A DNA stretch of 48,610 bases, from positions 1 to 48,610 of IMG/VR virus record IMGVR_UViG_3300012953_000048. One strand, written 5' to 3'. The stretch is from a virus. Its lineage: Duplodnaviria > Caudoviricetes. Positions 27,624 to 36,787 of the stretch are shown piece after piece (position 1 is the first letter of the stretch; each line of letters begins with the position of its first letter). The position numbers and the translations under genes were made by a program. The notes beneath the pieces are model-generated. The model was not told the DNA's origin, made no database searches, and worked only from the letters and a program-made list of their open reading frames with translations.

Positions 27624-28802
27624 ATGTCTGAAATTAGAGTAGATAAAGTTAAAGGTAGACAGGCGGCTGCATCTGGTCCTGAAGTAACCTTTGATTCAAC
27701 TGGAAATATATCTTTTGCAGGTAATATCTCATCTACTGGTGATGTTACTACTGATGATGTAACAGTTAACTCGGTATTACTTATTCCTCGATATGCAACG
27801 AGTGCTTTACCTAGTAGTGGAAACACAACTGGTAGTATTGTATGGGATACGAATGATGAAATAATGAAAGTTTGGGACGGAACTGAATGGAGAAATGTTG
27901 GACAAGGAACTGGAATAACAGCGACTGGTGGATCAGTTTCAACTGCAGGTGGATATACTATTCATACATTTACTAGTAGTGGAACATTTAATATTTCTAA
28001 TGGAGAAGGAACAGTTGATGTTCTTGTAGTTGGTGGTGGTGCAGGTGGTGGAACTCGTAATGCTGGTCCTGGTTCTGGAGGAACTGACGGAGGTTCTGGA
28101 GGAGGAGCAGGAGGATGGGTTCAAGTAGGATCTATGACTGTTACTGCGGGAAGTTTCCCTGTTAGTGTTGGTGGAGGAGGAACTGGTTATACATCTGGAC
28201 AAAATCCTGGTCAACCTGGTAGTAACTCATCAGTTGGAGGTCCTATTGGATTGACAGCATATGGTGGAGGATACGGTGCTTCAGGTCCAGGTAATAGACC
28301 TGGTGGTCCTGGCGGATCTGGCGGTGGAGCAGGAGGAGGTGGAGGTTCACCTGGTTCTGGTGGTTCTGCACAACAACCTGGTGCACCTGGTCAGTCTGGT
28401 TCTAATGGACATGGAAATCCTGGTGGTCCAAATCCTAACCAAGCATGTTACTCAGGTTCTGGTGGAGGAGGTGCTAATGGTAATGGTGGAACTGGAGGAA
28501 ATGGACGTCAAGCACCTGGCGGAAACGGACGTTCAAGTGTATATTCTGGAAGTAATACAACCTACGCAGGTGGCGGAGGAGGTGGCGGTGGTCACCCAGG
28601 TTCCTGTCGTGGAGGAAATGGAGGTTCTGGTGGAGGTGGACATGGTGGTTCATCCCCTCAACGTTCTGGTAATGGAAATGGAGCAAATGGTTCAGGCAAC
28701 CGTGGAGGCGGTGGTGGTGGAGGAGCTGGTAACCCTTGGCCAGGTGGGTCAGGCGGTCAAGGTGGTAGTGGTATTGTTATTATTAGATACCAAACACCCT
28801 AA
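27624..28802 (+). CDS. glycine-rich domain virion/fibre protein
   Basis: ATGG......Y.IH.FTSSG.F, VLVVGGG.GGG, YAGGGGGG, GGSGIVIIRY. Confidence 0.85.
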   Translation: MSEIRVDKVKGRQAAASGPEVTFDSTGNISFAGNISSTGDVTTDDVTVNSVLLIPRYATSALPSSGNTTGSIVWDTNDEIMKVWDGTEWRNVGQGTGITATGGSVSTAGGYTIHTFTSSGTFNISNGEGTVDVLVVGGGAGGGTRNAGPGSGGTDGGSGGGAGGWVQVGSMTVTAGSFPVSVGGGGTGYTSGQNPGQPGSNSSVGGPIGLTAYGGGYGASGPGNRPGGPGGSGGGAGGGGGSPGSGGSAQQPGAPGQSGSNGHGNPGGPNPNQACYSGSGGGGANGNGGTGGNGRQAPGGNGRSSVYSGSNTTYAGGGGGGGGHPGSCRGGNGGSGGGGHGGSSPQRSGNGNGANGSGNRGGGGGGGAGNPWPGGSGGQGGSGIVIIRYQTP

Positions 28803-30389
28803 GTCAGCAAAATATATCGCATCTATCTTAGATCTTTTCATAGTTTCAATAGCATCAACAGGAGTTTCAACAATACATTCACCCGCAAGGTTAAAAGATG
28901 TATTGAACAAAATAGGAACCCCTGTTTTTTCATGGAAACAATTAATTAGTTGATAGTAATGAAAGTTCTGATCTTCATTTACTGTCTGAACTCTACAAGT
29001 ATTATCAACATGAGTAACACCAGGTATTTCATCTGACATTACATTTACAGCGTACATCATATAAGGACTCTGATTTAATCCTCTCATATCAAACCAACCG
29101 TCTGCATATTCTTCCATAACTGTTGCAGCAAAAGGTCTGAACTCTTCACGTCTCTTTACTCTATTGATTATATCTTTTGCTTCTTTATTACGAGGGTCAA
29201 ACAATATAGATCTATTTCCTAATGCTCTAGGTCCTGCTTCGGATCTACCTTGATAGATTGCAATTATTTTCCCGTCAGCAATCATATCTGCTACTTCAAA
29301 TGGAGTTGTAGGTCTAGTGCTTTCCATATACAACCGAGTAAAGTTATCTTGGACAGGTCCCAGATATAAATTTTTCAATGGACGTTTTGTCATGTCACCA
29401 GTTATTTCATGGTGAACAAGTTTTGTTGCACCAATAGATGTACCTGCATCACTTGATACAGGTTCAATATATAAATTTACATCACTAGGTAACACACTCA
29501 AATAATAATAGTTTGCAACGCAGTTTAGAAAAAATCCCCCAGATAAACATACGTTCTTACACCCTGTTTGTTCAATCTGATACAATATATGTTGAGCAAC
29601 ATGTTCTTGTGTTTGTTTTTGTAAGGTGAAAGCAAAATCTGCTTTTGAATTAAAATCACCAAATATATAATTTATTCCTGTATCATGTAAATCTTTTCCA
29701 ATATAAAATAATTCATTATCAATCAAACAGTCCTCGTATATTGATATGGGTAGTTCTTCCCCATAAGATGCCATACCCATAACCTTACCTGCATCTAGTT
29801 CATGAAAACCAAATGCCATTGATGTCTTTTGAAATGCCATACCCTCACCAAGATTATTAGATATAAATGTCTTACCTATTCTATCTCTCGCTTCAAAAGG
29901 AACAGCAACGTGTCTCTCTACAAGGTTAAAATTTGCAGGATAAGATGCTGCAAAGGTTGATGATATTTCTCTACCATAAGTGCCTGTCTGAAACATATCC
30001 CCTATCAGAGGTACGTCAGATCCCATTCCATCTTTTACAATACAGATCGCTTCATCAAACCCTGAGTTATAAAAAGCGTGTGCTGCATGTAATTTATGAT
30101 GTGATAGTGATAGGTCATGAACCTTAGTATCATACTTATTTTCTTTCGTCTTTACATACAAACTATATGGGTCATCATCAATGAAACAGTCAGCAGGTGT
30201 CAACTTACCTACACCTGCAATACAAATATTATCAAGATTTCTTGTATCAAGTTCAGTTAAACATTGAAATGGAAACGCATCATACTTTCTATTAGATAAT
30301 CTTTCATTCTCAAGGTGGTAGACAATTTCGCCATTTTGTAGTATAGTGGTAGAAGAATTATGAACTCTACTGATACCTAAATTTCTCAT
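28749..30389 (-). CDS. NodU/CmcH-family O-carbamoyltransferase
   Basis: HH..HA..AFY.S.F, DG.G, GKVMG.A.YG, GG..LNC.AN, E.GPRALGNRSIL, KRRE.FRPFA, HVD.T.RVQTV, NTSFN; ATG 30389 preferred. Confidence 0.92.
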   Translation of the reverse strand: MRNLGISRVHNSSTTILQNGEIVYHLENERLSNRKYDAFPFQCLTELDTRNLDNICIAGVGKLTPADCFIDDDPYSLYVKTKENKYDTKVHDLSLSHHKLHAAHAFYNSGFDEAICIVKDGMGSDVPLIGDMFQTGTYGREISSTFAASYPANFNLVERHVAVPFEARDRIGKTFISNNLGEGMAFQKTSMAFGFHELDAGKVMGMASYGEELPISIYEDCLIDNELFYIGKDLHDTGINYIFGDFNSKADFAFTLQKQTQEHVAQHILYQIEQTGCKNVCLSGGFFLNCVANYYYLSVLPSDVNLYIEPVSSDAGTSIGATKLVHHEITGDMTKRPLKNLYLGPVQDNFTRLYMESTRPTTPFEVADMIADGKIIAIYQGRSEAGPRALGNRSILFDPRNKEAKDIINRVKRREEFRPFAATVMEEYADGWFDMRGLNQSPYMMYAVNVMSDEIPGVTHVDNTCRVQTVNEDQNFHYYQLINCFHEKTGVPILFNTSFNLAGECIVETPVDAIETMKRSKIDAIYFADLGCLVSNNNNTTTTLTA

Positions 30390-30415
30390 GAGGGTTTTTG
30401 ATTCCTGATACATAT

Positions 30416-30424
30416 ATTATAACA
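30416..30424 (-). promoter_or_regulatory. extended -10 promoter for the carbamoyltransferase
   Basis: TGTTATAAT on the minus strand, 26 nt upstream of ATG 30389. Confidence 0.5.
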
Positions 30425-30437
30425 TGATTTTTAAATT

Positions 30438-30995
30438 ATGACATGGAATACGATGTGGTATGAGACAGAAATTCCAGAGGAATTAGTTAGTCTCATAGAA
30501 AGAGAGAGTAAACCATATGATGATGTTGTTAAAGTAGCAACTGTCAGAGAGGGAGAGGTATATGAGACTAGGGATGCTCAAACATCTTGGATTCCTGCAA
30601 CTTCATGGGTTGGTGGTTTCTGTATGTCTTATGTATTAAAGTCCAATAGAGAGAACTTTATGTATGATGTAGAGGGTATTGATGGAGATTCAATTCAATA
30701 CACAGTGTATGAAAAAGGTCAATATTATAACTGGCATCAAGATGCAGATAATACTGTTCCACTTCAAGAAGGTAGGTTAAGGAAACTGTCTTTTATTTTA
30801 CAACTATCATCCCCTGATGATTATCAAGGTGGTAATATTGAAATGAAAAATACTGATGAAGATATATATCTAGTTCCTAGACGTAGAGGTACGTTTATTG
30901 TTTTTGATAGTAGGACACCACATAGAGTTACTGAAGTCACTGGTGGTATTCGTAAGACTTTGGTAGGATGGGTTATGGGACCTAAGTGGCGATGA
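30438..30995 (+). CDS. 2OG-Fe(II) oxygenase (PKHD-type)
   Basis: Y.WHQD, RKLS...QLS.P.DY.GG, HRV..V..G.R..LV.W..GP. Confidence 0.9.
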   Translation: MTWNTMWYETEIPEELVSLIERESKPYDDVVKVATVREGEVYETRDAQTSWIPATSWVGGFCMSYVLKSNRENFMYDVEGIDGDSIQYTVYEKGQYYNWHQDADNTVPLQEGRLRKLSFILQLSSPDDYQGGNIEMKNTDEDIYLVPRRRGTFIVFDSRTPHRVTEVTGGIRKTLVGWVMGPKWR

Positions 30996-31558
30996 TATAT
31001 TATAAAGACTGGACAGTAATTCAACTAAAACAATTAGCACTTGCCCCTGCATTAGTTGAAGATCCCCCTCTTGAGAGAGGAAAGTTTGGGTATGATAAAA
31101 AAGGCAGGATGGAAAATTTATCAGAGGAAGGACAAGTTCCTAATAGTCTCGCTAGATATAATCATCCTAAGTATAAAGAACTATATCAAGGTGTTCAATC
31201 AAAAGTTGAACAAATATTAGGAGAAAAATTATACCCAACATATTACTTTGATAGATTTTATTTCAAAGGTCAGGAACTGAAGAGACATCATGATAGACCT
31301 GCTTGTGAAATTAGTGTATCAATGAATATCAGCACCAATGCAGATTATCCTTGGCCAATATTTTTTGAACTTCCTGACAAACAGGTTAAAGAACTTTACA
31401 CAAATCATGGTGATGCTGTATTATATAAAGGTATGGAGGTAGATCATTGGAGAGAACCTTTAAAAGGTACGCCAAAGACATACTATCACCAAATCTTTAT
31501 GCACTTTGTTAGAGCAGACGGATACCACGTTGAATATGCTCATGACACTAAGTGCTAA
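30992..31558 (+). CDS. 2OG-Fe(II) oxygenase-like protein
   Basis: L.PTY...R.Y..G..L..H.DRPACEISVS, GD..LY.G....HWR, QIF.H; ATG 30992 coupled by ATGA. Confidence 0.82.
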   Translation: MIYYKDWTVIQLKQLALAPALVEDPPLERGKFGYDKKGRMENLSEEGQVPNSLARYNHPKYKELYQGVQSKVEQILGEKLYPTYYFDRFYFKGQELKRHHDRPACEISVSMNISTNADYPWPIFFELPDKQVKELYTNHGDAVLYKGMEVDHWREPLKGTPKTYYHQIFMHFVRADGYHVEYAHDTKC

Positions 31559-31561
31559 ATA
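31556..31561 (+). promoter_or_regulatory. late promoter (TAAATA)
   Basis: 29 nt before ATG 31591. Confidence 0.5.
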
Positions 31562-31590
31562 ACTAAAGTATAACCTAACTATTAAAAGGA

Positions 31591-31971
31591 ATGGCACATT
31601 ACGCTAAAATAAGTGATTCTAATGTTGTCGAGGCAGTAGAGGTTCTTGACGACTTTTATGAATGGACAGATACAGGTGAACTAGATGAAAATCGTGCAGT
31701 CGCTAAACTTCGTTCATTTCATGGTTCAGAAACCAATTGGAAAAAAACATCTTACAACCAAAATATCCGTGGTAAATTTGCAGGTGTTGGAGATACCTAC
31801 GATGCTAGTAAAGATAAGTTTGTTCCCCCTAAACCGTCTGCATATCCATCATGGGTTTTAAATTCAGATGATTCAGATTGGGAACCGCCTATACCAATGC
31901 CCCCTGCAGATGAAACTCGTACGTGGGAATGGAATGAATCAACACTAGCATGGGATGAAGAAGCACAATGA
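31591..31971 (+). CDS. tail-fibre-associated hypothetical protein
   Basis: MAHYAK, W..TSYN...R..FAG.G..YD...D.F..P.P..SW.L.....W..P.P.P, W.W.E....W. Confidence 0.7.
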   Translation: MAHYAKISDSNVVEAVEVLDDFYEWTDTGELDENRAVAKLRSFHGSETNWKKTSYNQNIRGKFAGVGDTYDASKDKFVPPKPSAYPSWVLNSDDSDWEPPIPMPPADETRTWEWNESTLAWDEEAQ

Positions 31972-32318
31972 AGAAACAGTATGAATTGGTCTCTTTTGAC
32001 GTAGCACTTAATTTATTAAGACCTCGTGCAAAATGGAGAATCGATCATGGTAACTTGGAATGGTTAGACTCTAGACCTTGCCCAACCATGGAAGACATTG
32101 AAAATTGTTTAAATAAAATTAAAGACCTTGAAGAGAGCGTAGAGTATGTTCTCTTACCAGAACAACAAGAATATCCAGTAGACCCTGCTCAAGATCCTCG
32201 TGGTATTGCTGAGAGATTTGATGAAGACATCAAAGGATCAACTTATACTTATGGTGGTGGTAATGAACAAGGAGAGGGTATAGGTGGTAAAGGTGGTGTA
32301 AATCCAAATAGTTTATGA
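31968..32318 (+). CDS. XkdW-like / tail-fibre chaperone-like protein
   Basis: AL..LRP.A.W.......W....P.PT..DI motif. Confidence 0.55.
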   Translation: MKKQYELVSFDVALNLLRPRAKWRIDHGNLEWLDSRPCPTMEDIENCLNKIKDLEESVEYVLLPEQQEYPVDPAQDPRGIAERFDEDIKGSTYTYGGGNEQGEGIGGKGGVNPNSL

Positions 32319-32842
32319 GTGAGTATTTTTATCATTACAGATTGAATGACCCCAAAAAATTCAAATCTGATGTTGACGAAGCGGTAAATGATTGTGGGTT
32401 AGATTGCCTCAATCCTCATTTATTTGATATATCTACCAGTTTACAAGGTAAACAGTATCATTTAATGGACAAAAGAACACTTCCATATCTTTTTTGGATT
32501 GTAAAGGAAGTTAAAGAAATGATTGTGCATGCCACAGGTGCTAAGAATTTAAAATTAGCGTCAGCATGGACAGTATATGGGGAAGAAGGTACATATCATA
32601 CAATGCACCAACACAACACTAACAATGATATTTGTAGTGTGATATACTTAGATGTAGAGGAAGAAATTTTCCCTGCAAAAAATGGATCTTTTTATTATTT
32701 TATGAATGGTGTCAAACTATTTCCACCAGGTGTGGGAGACGTTTTGATATTTCCTGCAACTCTTTGGCATGGGTCTTATCCTCAAAAAACTAAGATGAGA
32801 CATGTATTGAACCTTGATTTTACACATGAAACAAATCTTTAG
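32315..32842 (+). CDS. putative 2OG-Fe(II) oxygenase (HxH type)
   Basis: W....EG.YH.MHQH, SV.YL, P..GD..IFP..L.HG.YPQ....R..LN. Confidence 0.8.
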   Translation: MSEYFYHYRLNDPKKFKSDVDEAVNDCGLDCLNPHLFDISTSLQGKQYHLMDKRTLPYLFWIVKEVKEMIVHATGAKNLKLASAWTVYGEEGTYHTMHQHNTNNDICSVIYLDVEEEIFPAKNGSFYYFMNGVKLFPPGVGDVLIFPATLWHGSYPQKTKMRHVLNLDFTHETNL

Positions 32843-33383
32843 TAATCAATTCTATTACCAATATAGGATGCCTGACTTTGATTTACTCAAAGAAAGACTA
32901 AATACAGTTGAAAAATTTGATGATTCTGATTTTACATGGGGAGACTTATGTAAAATTGAACGTGACTCATATAATATAAATGACTTCTTTGATATTCTAG
33001 TCAAACCGATTGGAAAATTATCTGGTGACCTTGGTGTTAAATTCAATGCTAAGATTTTAAATCCTTGGCTCAACAAATATAATCGTGGTGGATTTCAAGA
33101 GATTCATTATCACGATGATTGTGATATTGCAGCAGTGGTATTTTTAAATGATGGTGAAGATTTCTCAAAATTTTATTTTTGGGATGCTAATCATACAGCA
33201 TTTACTAAACCTTGGATTAAGATACTCACTCAGATGAAGTTGTCTAACATATATTATCCAGAGGTGAAGGCAGGTGATGTTTTGTTATTTCCCTCACATA
33301 TGTTACATGGTGTTTCCCCTCATAATTGTGATATAATTAGAGAAACATTCTCTTTTAATGTGGTAGTGACAAATGTCGAATAA
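32826..33383 (+). CDS. putative 2OG-Fe(II) oxygenase (HxH type)
   Basis: W.N.Y..G.FQE.HYH, GD.LLFPS...HGV......R.T.SFN; start ATG 32826. Confidence 0.85.
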   Translation: MKQIFSNQFYYQYRMPDFDLLKERLNTVEKFDDSDFTWGDLCKIERDSYNINDFFDILVKPIGKLSGDLGVKFNAKILNPWLNKYNRGGFQEIHYHDDCDIAAVVFLNDGEDFSKFYFWDANHTAFTKPWIKILTQMKLSNIYYPEVKAGDVLLFPSHMLHGVSPHNCDIIRETFSFNVVVTNVE

Positions 33384-33894
33384 AGTTTATTTAACTGACA
33401 ACTTTATAAGTGATGATATATGTGACTGGTTCATGTCATTTCATCAAACTATGTTTCCTTTATATGGATCAGAGTTTGAGAATAGAAAGATTATTAATTT
33501 AACAGAACTAACTCATGTTCTTTACAATAATAACCTACCCTATGATGCAACAGACTATCTAAAGATGGTTCAAGCAAATATAATTACAGAGGTTAGGAAG
33601 TATGATGCTAAAGCATTTCCTAATTATATACATTGCACAGAGTGGAAAGCACCAATTAATCAACCAATACATACGGATTTTGATGAACATGTATGGACAT
33701 CTATCCTATATTTGAATGATGACTTCAAAGGTGGTAATACTATCATTGAAGGTGACAGAATACCACCAAAAAAAGGAAGTATTCTCACCTTTAAAGGGGA
33801 ATTAAAACATGGAGTTGAAGAAGTCACAGAGGGTAATCGTTATACTATTTCGGTATGGTATAAAACTCACATAGGAGTAAACAAATACAGATGA
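33373..33894 (+). CDS. 2OG-Fe(II) oxygenase (prolyl-hydroxylase-like)
   Basis: IHTD, ILYLNDDF.GG, HGV..V..G.RY....W. Confidence 0.88.
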   Translation: MSNKVYLTDNFISDDICDWFMSFHQTMFPLYGSEFENRKIINLTELTHVLYNNNLPYDATDYLKMVQANIITEVRKYDAKAFPNYIHCTEWKAPINQPIHTDFDEHVWTSILYLNDDFKGGNTIIEGDRIPPKKGSILTFKGELKHGVEEVTEGNRYTISVWYKTHIGVNKYR

Positions 33895-34502
33895 TAATAG
33901 ATTTATTCCCAACATCAATTTACATGGATAGTTTTGAACTATCCCCAGAAGATCATGACAATTTATCTCATGTAAAATTAAATAGAAATAGAGATCAAGT
34001 TGCATGGGTCAGTCCACATATACATTTATTGGACTGGTATCAGAGCATTGAACTAAAGGTAAGAAAGCATATTGAAAGGTACGTTTATGATGATATAGGT
34101 TTGAGTAGAGAATATAATATGCAATGTCATGGTGCATGGTTAAACAGAAATGACAAAGGAGATTATGCAGAGATACATCATCATTCTAATTCACTTATAA
34201 GTGGTGTATATTATTTGTCGGTCAATGACCAACAAGGACGCATACAATTTTATGATGATAGAGACGGACTATTTGGTAGATATTTTACAGTATTAAACTA
34301 TACTGAACCTAACAATAGAAATTCACACCGTGCTAATATAGAATGTAAGAACGGAACAATTTTGTTATTTCCCTCACGTCTGAAGCATAGTGTTGTTCCC
34401 AATTTATTGGACGAACCCAGATTCTCACTAGCATTTGACTACACACTAGAAGGTGTATTTGATGCAATGGTGAATAAGGTGAACTATGTGCCAGTAAAAT
34501 AA
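33891..34502 (+). CDS. putative 2OG-Fe(II) oxygenase (TIGR02466-like)
   Basis: LFPT.I, W.N....G.....HHHSNS..SGVYY, LFPS.L.H.V..N.....R.SLAF. Confidence 0.85.
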   Translation: MIIDLFPTSIYMDSFELSPEDHDNLSHVKLNRNRDQVAWVSPHIHLLDWYQSIELKVRKHIERYVYDDIGLSREYNMQCHGAWLNRNDKGDYAEIHHHSNSLISGVYYLSVNDQQGRIQFYDDRDGLFGRYFTVLNYTEPNNRNSHRANIECKNGTILLFPSRLKHSVVPNLLDEPRFSLAFDYTLEGVFDAMVNKVNYVPVK

Positions 34503-34544
34503 ACTGTCTATAGGCTCGCCATTCTCAAAATTGTATGCTATACT
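34487..34544 (+). promoter_or_regulatory. palindrome-type early promoter, copy 1 (degenerate)
   Basis: TGTGCCAGTAAAATAAACTGTCTA; TATACT begins 52 nt after motif start. Confidence 0.6.
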
Positions 34545-34567
34545 AGAAAGGTATATCACACAAACCA

Positions 34568-34804
34568 ATGCCACACTTTACACTCATCTGCACAGATGAG
34601 GACGATACCGTATCATCAAAAGAATTTGAAGCTACATACCTTGATGAAGTTGTAGAAAAAACTGCTGACTTCTTACATGGAGTTGGTTATTGTTTTGAAG
34701 ATTTAAGAACAGAAGTGGATCTTAAGTCTGATTTACTTCCATTATCTAATACATACTACAAAGGACTTAAAAATGAAAGATCAAGGTTCAGTAGGTCTGA
34801 ATGA
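34568..34804 (+). CDS. hypothetical protein
   Basis: First ORF after promoter copy 1. Confidence 0.7.
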   Translation: MPHFTLICTDEDDTVSSKEFEATYLDEVVEKTADFLHGVGYCFEDLRTEVDLKSDLLPLSNTYYKGLKNERSRFSRSE

Positions 34805-35051
34805 AACACCTGCTATAAAATATGATAGAGCATTATCTCTATTCACAGAATCAGTTATGAAACCTGATGCTGACTTGCGTGGTTGTGCCTATAATCAAGA
34901 TTGTTTTAATGAACTCATGGAGATTAGAGAACACGTCTTGAAGTATCTTTCAACATTGAAATCAACACAAAACGTGCAAAACCCTGATGAGTCAGATATA
35001 ATAGAGAGTGAGAAGTTGGAAGAAACCGCACCACACTCTAAATGGAGATAG
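34773..35051 (+). CDS. hypothetical protein
   Basis: AAGGA SD; 92 aa. Confidence 0.7.
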   Translation: MKDQGSVGLNETPAIKYDRALSLFTESVMKPDADLRGCAYNQDCFNELMEIREHVLKYLSTLKSTQNVQNPDESDIIESEKLEETAPHSKWR

Positions 35052-35243
35052 ATGTATCTTAAATCTGCTATATTAACTAAAATGCAAAAGGAATTATTGA
35101 AAGATGCTCTACTAGCATACGTTTCTAATTTACAGAAGCGTTACTATGGAGATAAAATTATTGATGAGTCTCTTTATCTAAGTAAGATGAAAGAGATACA
35201 GACTATTGTTGATGAACTACACCTACAGGAGTTATACACATAA
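35052..35243 (+). CDS. hypothetical protein
   Basis: GGAG SD; abuts neighbours. Confidence 0.65.
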   Translation: MYLKSAILTKMQKELLKDALLAYVSNLQKRYYGDKIIDESLYLSKMKEIQTIVDELHLQELYT

Positions 35244-35416
35244 TGTTTCGTAAAGAAATTAAACTATTGAAACACGCTATCAAGAAAGGCGAGGAAGACC
35301 CATTTCTATACAATGATGAGGAGTTTTATAAACTCAAGAAGAAACTTAGACAACTCAAAGAGTGGAAAAGATCAACTATCATTGCACAGAAGGGTGGATT
35401 TGGGTATGAAATATGA
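35243..35416 (+). CDS. hypothetical protein (57 aa), not in ORF track
   Basis: MFRKEIKLLKHAIKKG..KGGFGYEI*; TAATG and ATGA couplings. Confidence 0.65.
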   Translation: MFRKEIKLLKHAIKKGEEDPFLYNDEEFYKLKKKLRQLKEWKRSTIIAQKGGFGYEI

Positions 35417-35919
35417 TAGTCTGGAGTGCTAATATCTTTTATGATGAGAGTTTAATTAAACCATTATGGTCTGATATAAAAACCAGAAAAGAAATGTATA
35501 GTGAACAAGAGAAACACTATACATCTTTTAGGCAACCCGACTATCTTTCAACTCTCAATGACTACTATAGACAGATAGCAATGACAGTAACAAAAGAGTT
35601 ACCGTTAAAGACTACTGAATTTACACAAAATATTTGGTTACAAGTATATGAACCAGAAAGCAATGGACATTCATACCACGATCATTTCTTAGGAACAGAA
35701 TTAGTGTCATGGGTTCATTTTTTAAAGACCCCCGAACCATCATTCCATTTTCTTATTGGAGATAAGAAGATATATCCAGAGAATCAAAAGCAATGCGACT
35801 TTATTGTATTTCCCTCATGGGCATTACACGCTGTTGACAACAATATGTCATCTACAGACAGAGTAATAGTCTCAGGTAATATTCATGTGACAGATAAACA
35901 AGTGTCCACACCCTATTGA
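35413..35919 (+). CDS. putative 2OG-Fe(II) oxygenase (HxH type)
   Basis: W.Q.Y......H..HDH, SWVHF, FPSW..H.V.......R...SGN. Confidence 0.82.
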   Translation: MIVWSANIFYDESLIKPLWSDIKTRKEMYSEQEKHYTSFRQPDYLSTLNDYYRQIAMTVTKELPLKTTEFTQNIWLQVYEPESNGHSYHDHFLGTELVSWVHFLKTPEPSFHFLIGDKKIYPENQKQCDFIVFPSWALHAVDNNMSSTDRVIVSGNIHVTDKQVSTPY

Positions 35920-35944
35920 CATTACTTGCAAAATCGTTTATATT
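35886..35944 (+). promoter_or_regulatory. palindrome-type early promoter, copy 2, with canonical -35
   Basis: TGTGACAGATAAACAAGTGTCCACA; TTGACA(35916)-17 nt-TATATT(35939). Confidence 0.75.
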
Positions 35945-35950
35945 AAGAAT

Positions 35951-36178
35951 GTCGAAACAAACCAACCTAAGACTTTCAAGGTTGCGGACACCATAACTGA
36001 GTTAGTACTTTCTTTGAAAAGTGAAGCACCTCTTGACCAGTAATGAATACGCATTTAAATCGAACTTAAGCAGTTGAGTTTTGTTTCGACCCATCACTGG
36101 GCATTGCCACACTCTACCGAACATTGCGTTGGAGCATCTAGTTCAACCGAGAACATGTAAGACCCATCACTATTTTTT
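35951..36178 (+). ncRNA. candidate structured non-coding RNA or leader
   Basis: About 230 nt with no long ORF, starting at the predicted +1; GTCGAAACAAA(35951-61) pairs perfectly with TTTGTTTCGAC(36080-90); second domain 36098-36166; T6 at 36173-78. Confidence 0.6.
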
Positions 36179-36181
36179 AAA

Positions 36182-36787
36182 ATGGAAGTTCAAGCACACG
36201 GAAATAAATTTGAAGACATTGTAACTCGTGAGAGAACTGGTCTATCAAAAAAAGAATATGATGGTCTAAAGAAGAATGGTTATACTTCATCATTTGATTT
36301 ATCAAAAGGACTTAAAGTAGAGTATGATGCTAGTATTAAAACTACTGGCAACAATACTATTTGCTGTTCTGATATTCTCAGAATGATGAGACATAACGAT
36401 TACAGATTAATTGTTGGGTGCTATAATCAGGTTGGAGATCAAAAAATATTTCATACTCAGTATGAGTTCTTTATACAACCAAATGATTATCTAACTCTAT
36501 GGGGAGACATGGATTATCAAAAAGTAGAATTATTTGTAAATTTTGTAAAGAGTATTGCAGAGGGAGGAAAAGCAAGAGACGATTCTAAAATTGTTAGAGA
36601 TAGTTTACAAGAAAGTGCATCATGTAATAGAGCATTATATTCTATTAATCCAAAAGTAGATAGTAAGAAACAGAGAAGAGTTCAATGCTCACTAAAACTT
36701 GACGAACTACTTGCAAGTGGTGTAGAATACGAAAAGAAAGATTTAAACTTAATCATAGAATCTAAAAAACGTACGTTTAATAAATGA
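36182..36787 (+). CDS. putative PD-(D/E)XK restriction-endonuclease-like protein
   Basis: HG..FE helix, then FD..SIKT pattern like D..SxK type II REases; ATGA-coupled to an MTase. Confidence 0.5.
   Translation: MEVQAHGNKFEDIVTRERTGLSKKEYDGLKKNGYTSSFDLSKGLKVEYDASIKTTGNNTICCSDILRMMRHNDYRLIVGCYNQVGDQKIFHTQYEFFIQPNDYLTLWGDMDYQKVELFVNFVKSIAEGGKARDDSKIVRDSLQESASCNRALYSINPKVDSKKQRRVQCSLKLDELLASGVEYEKKDLNLIIESKKRTFNK

Noticed and set aside
28261-28953. 230-aa alternative-frame ORF rich in Val/Glu
   Set aside because: By-product of GGT/GGA codon runs in the Gly-rich gene; it overlaps two well-supported genes.
35951-36178. tRNA, hammerhead ribozyme or retron msr-msd
   Set aside because: GTTCAA and a CCA end occur but there is no canonical cloverleaf. 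No CUGANGA core accompanies the GAAAC, and no reverse transcriptase is nearby.
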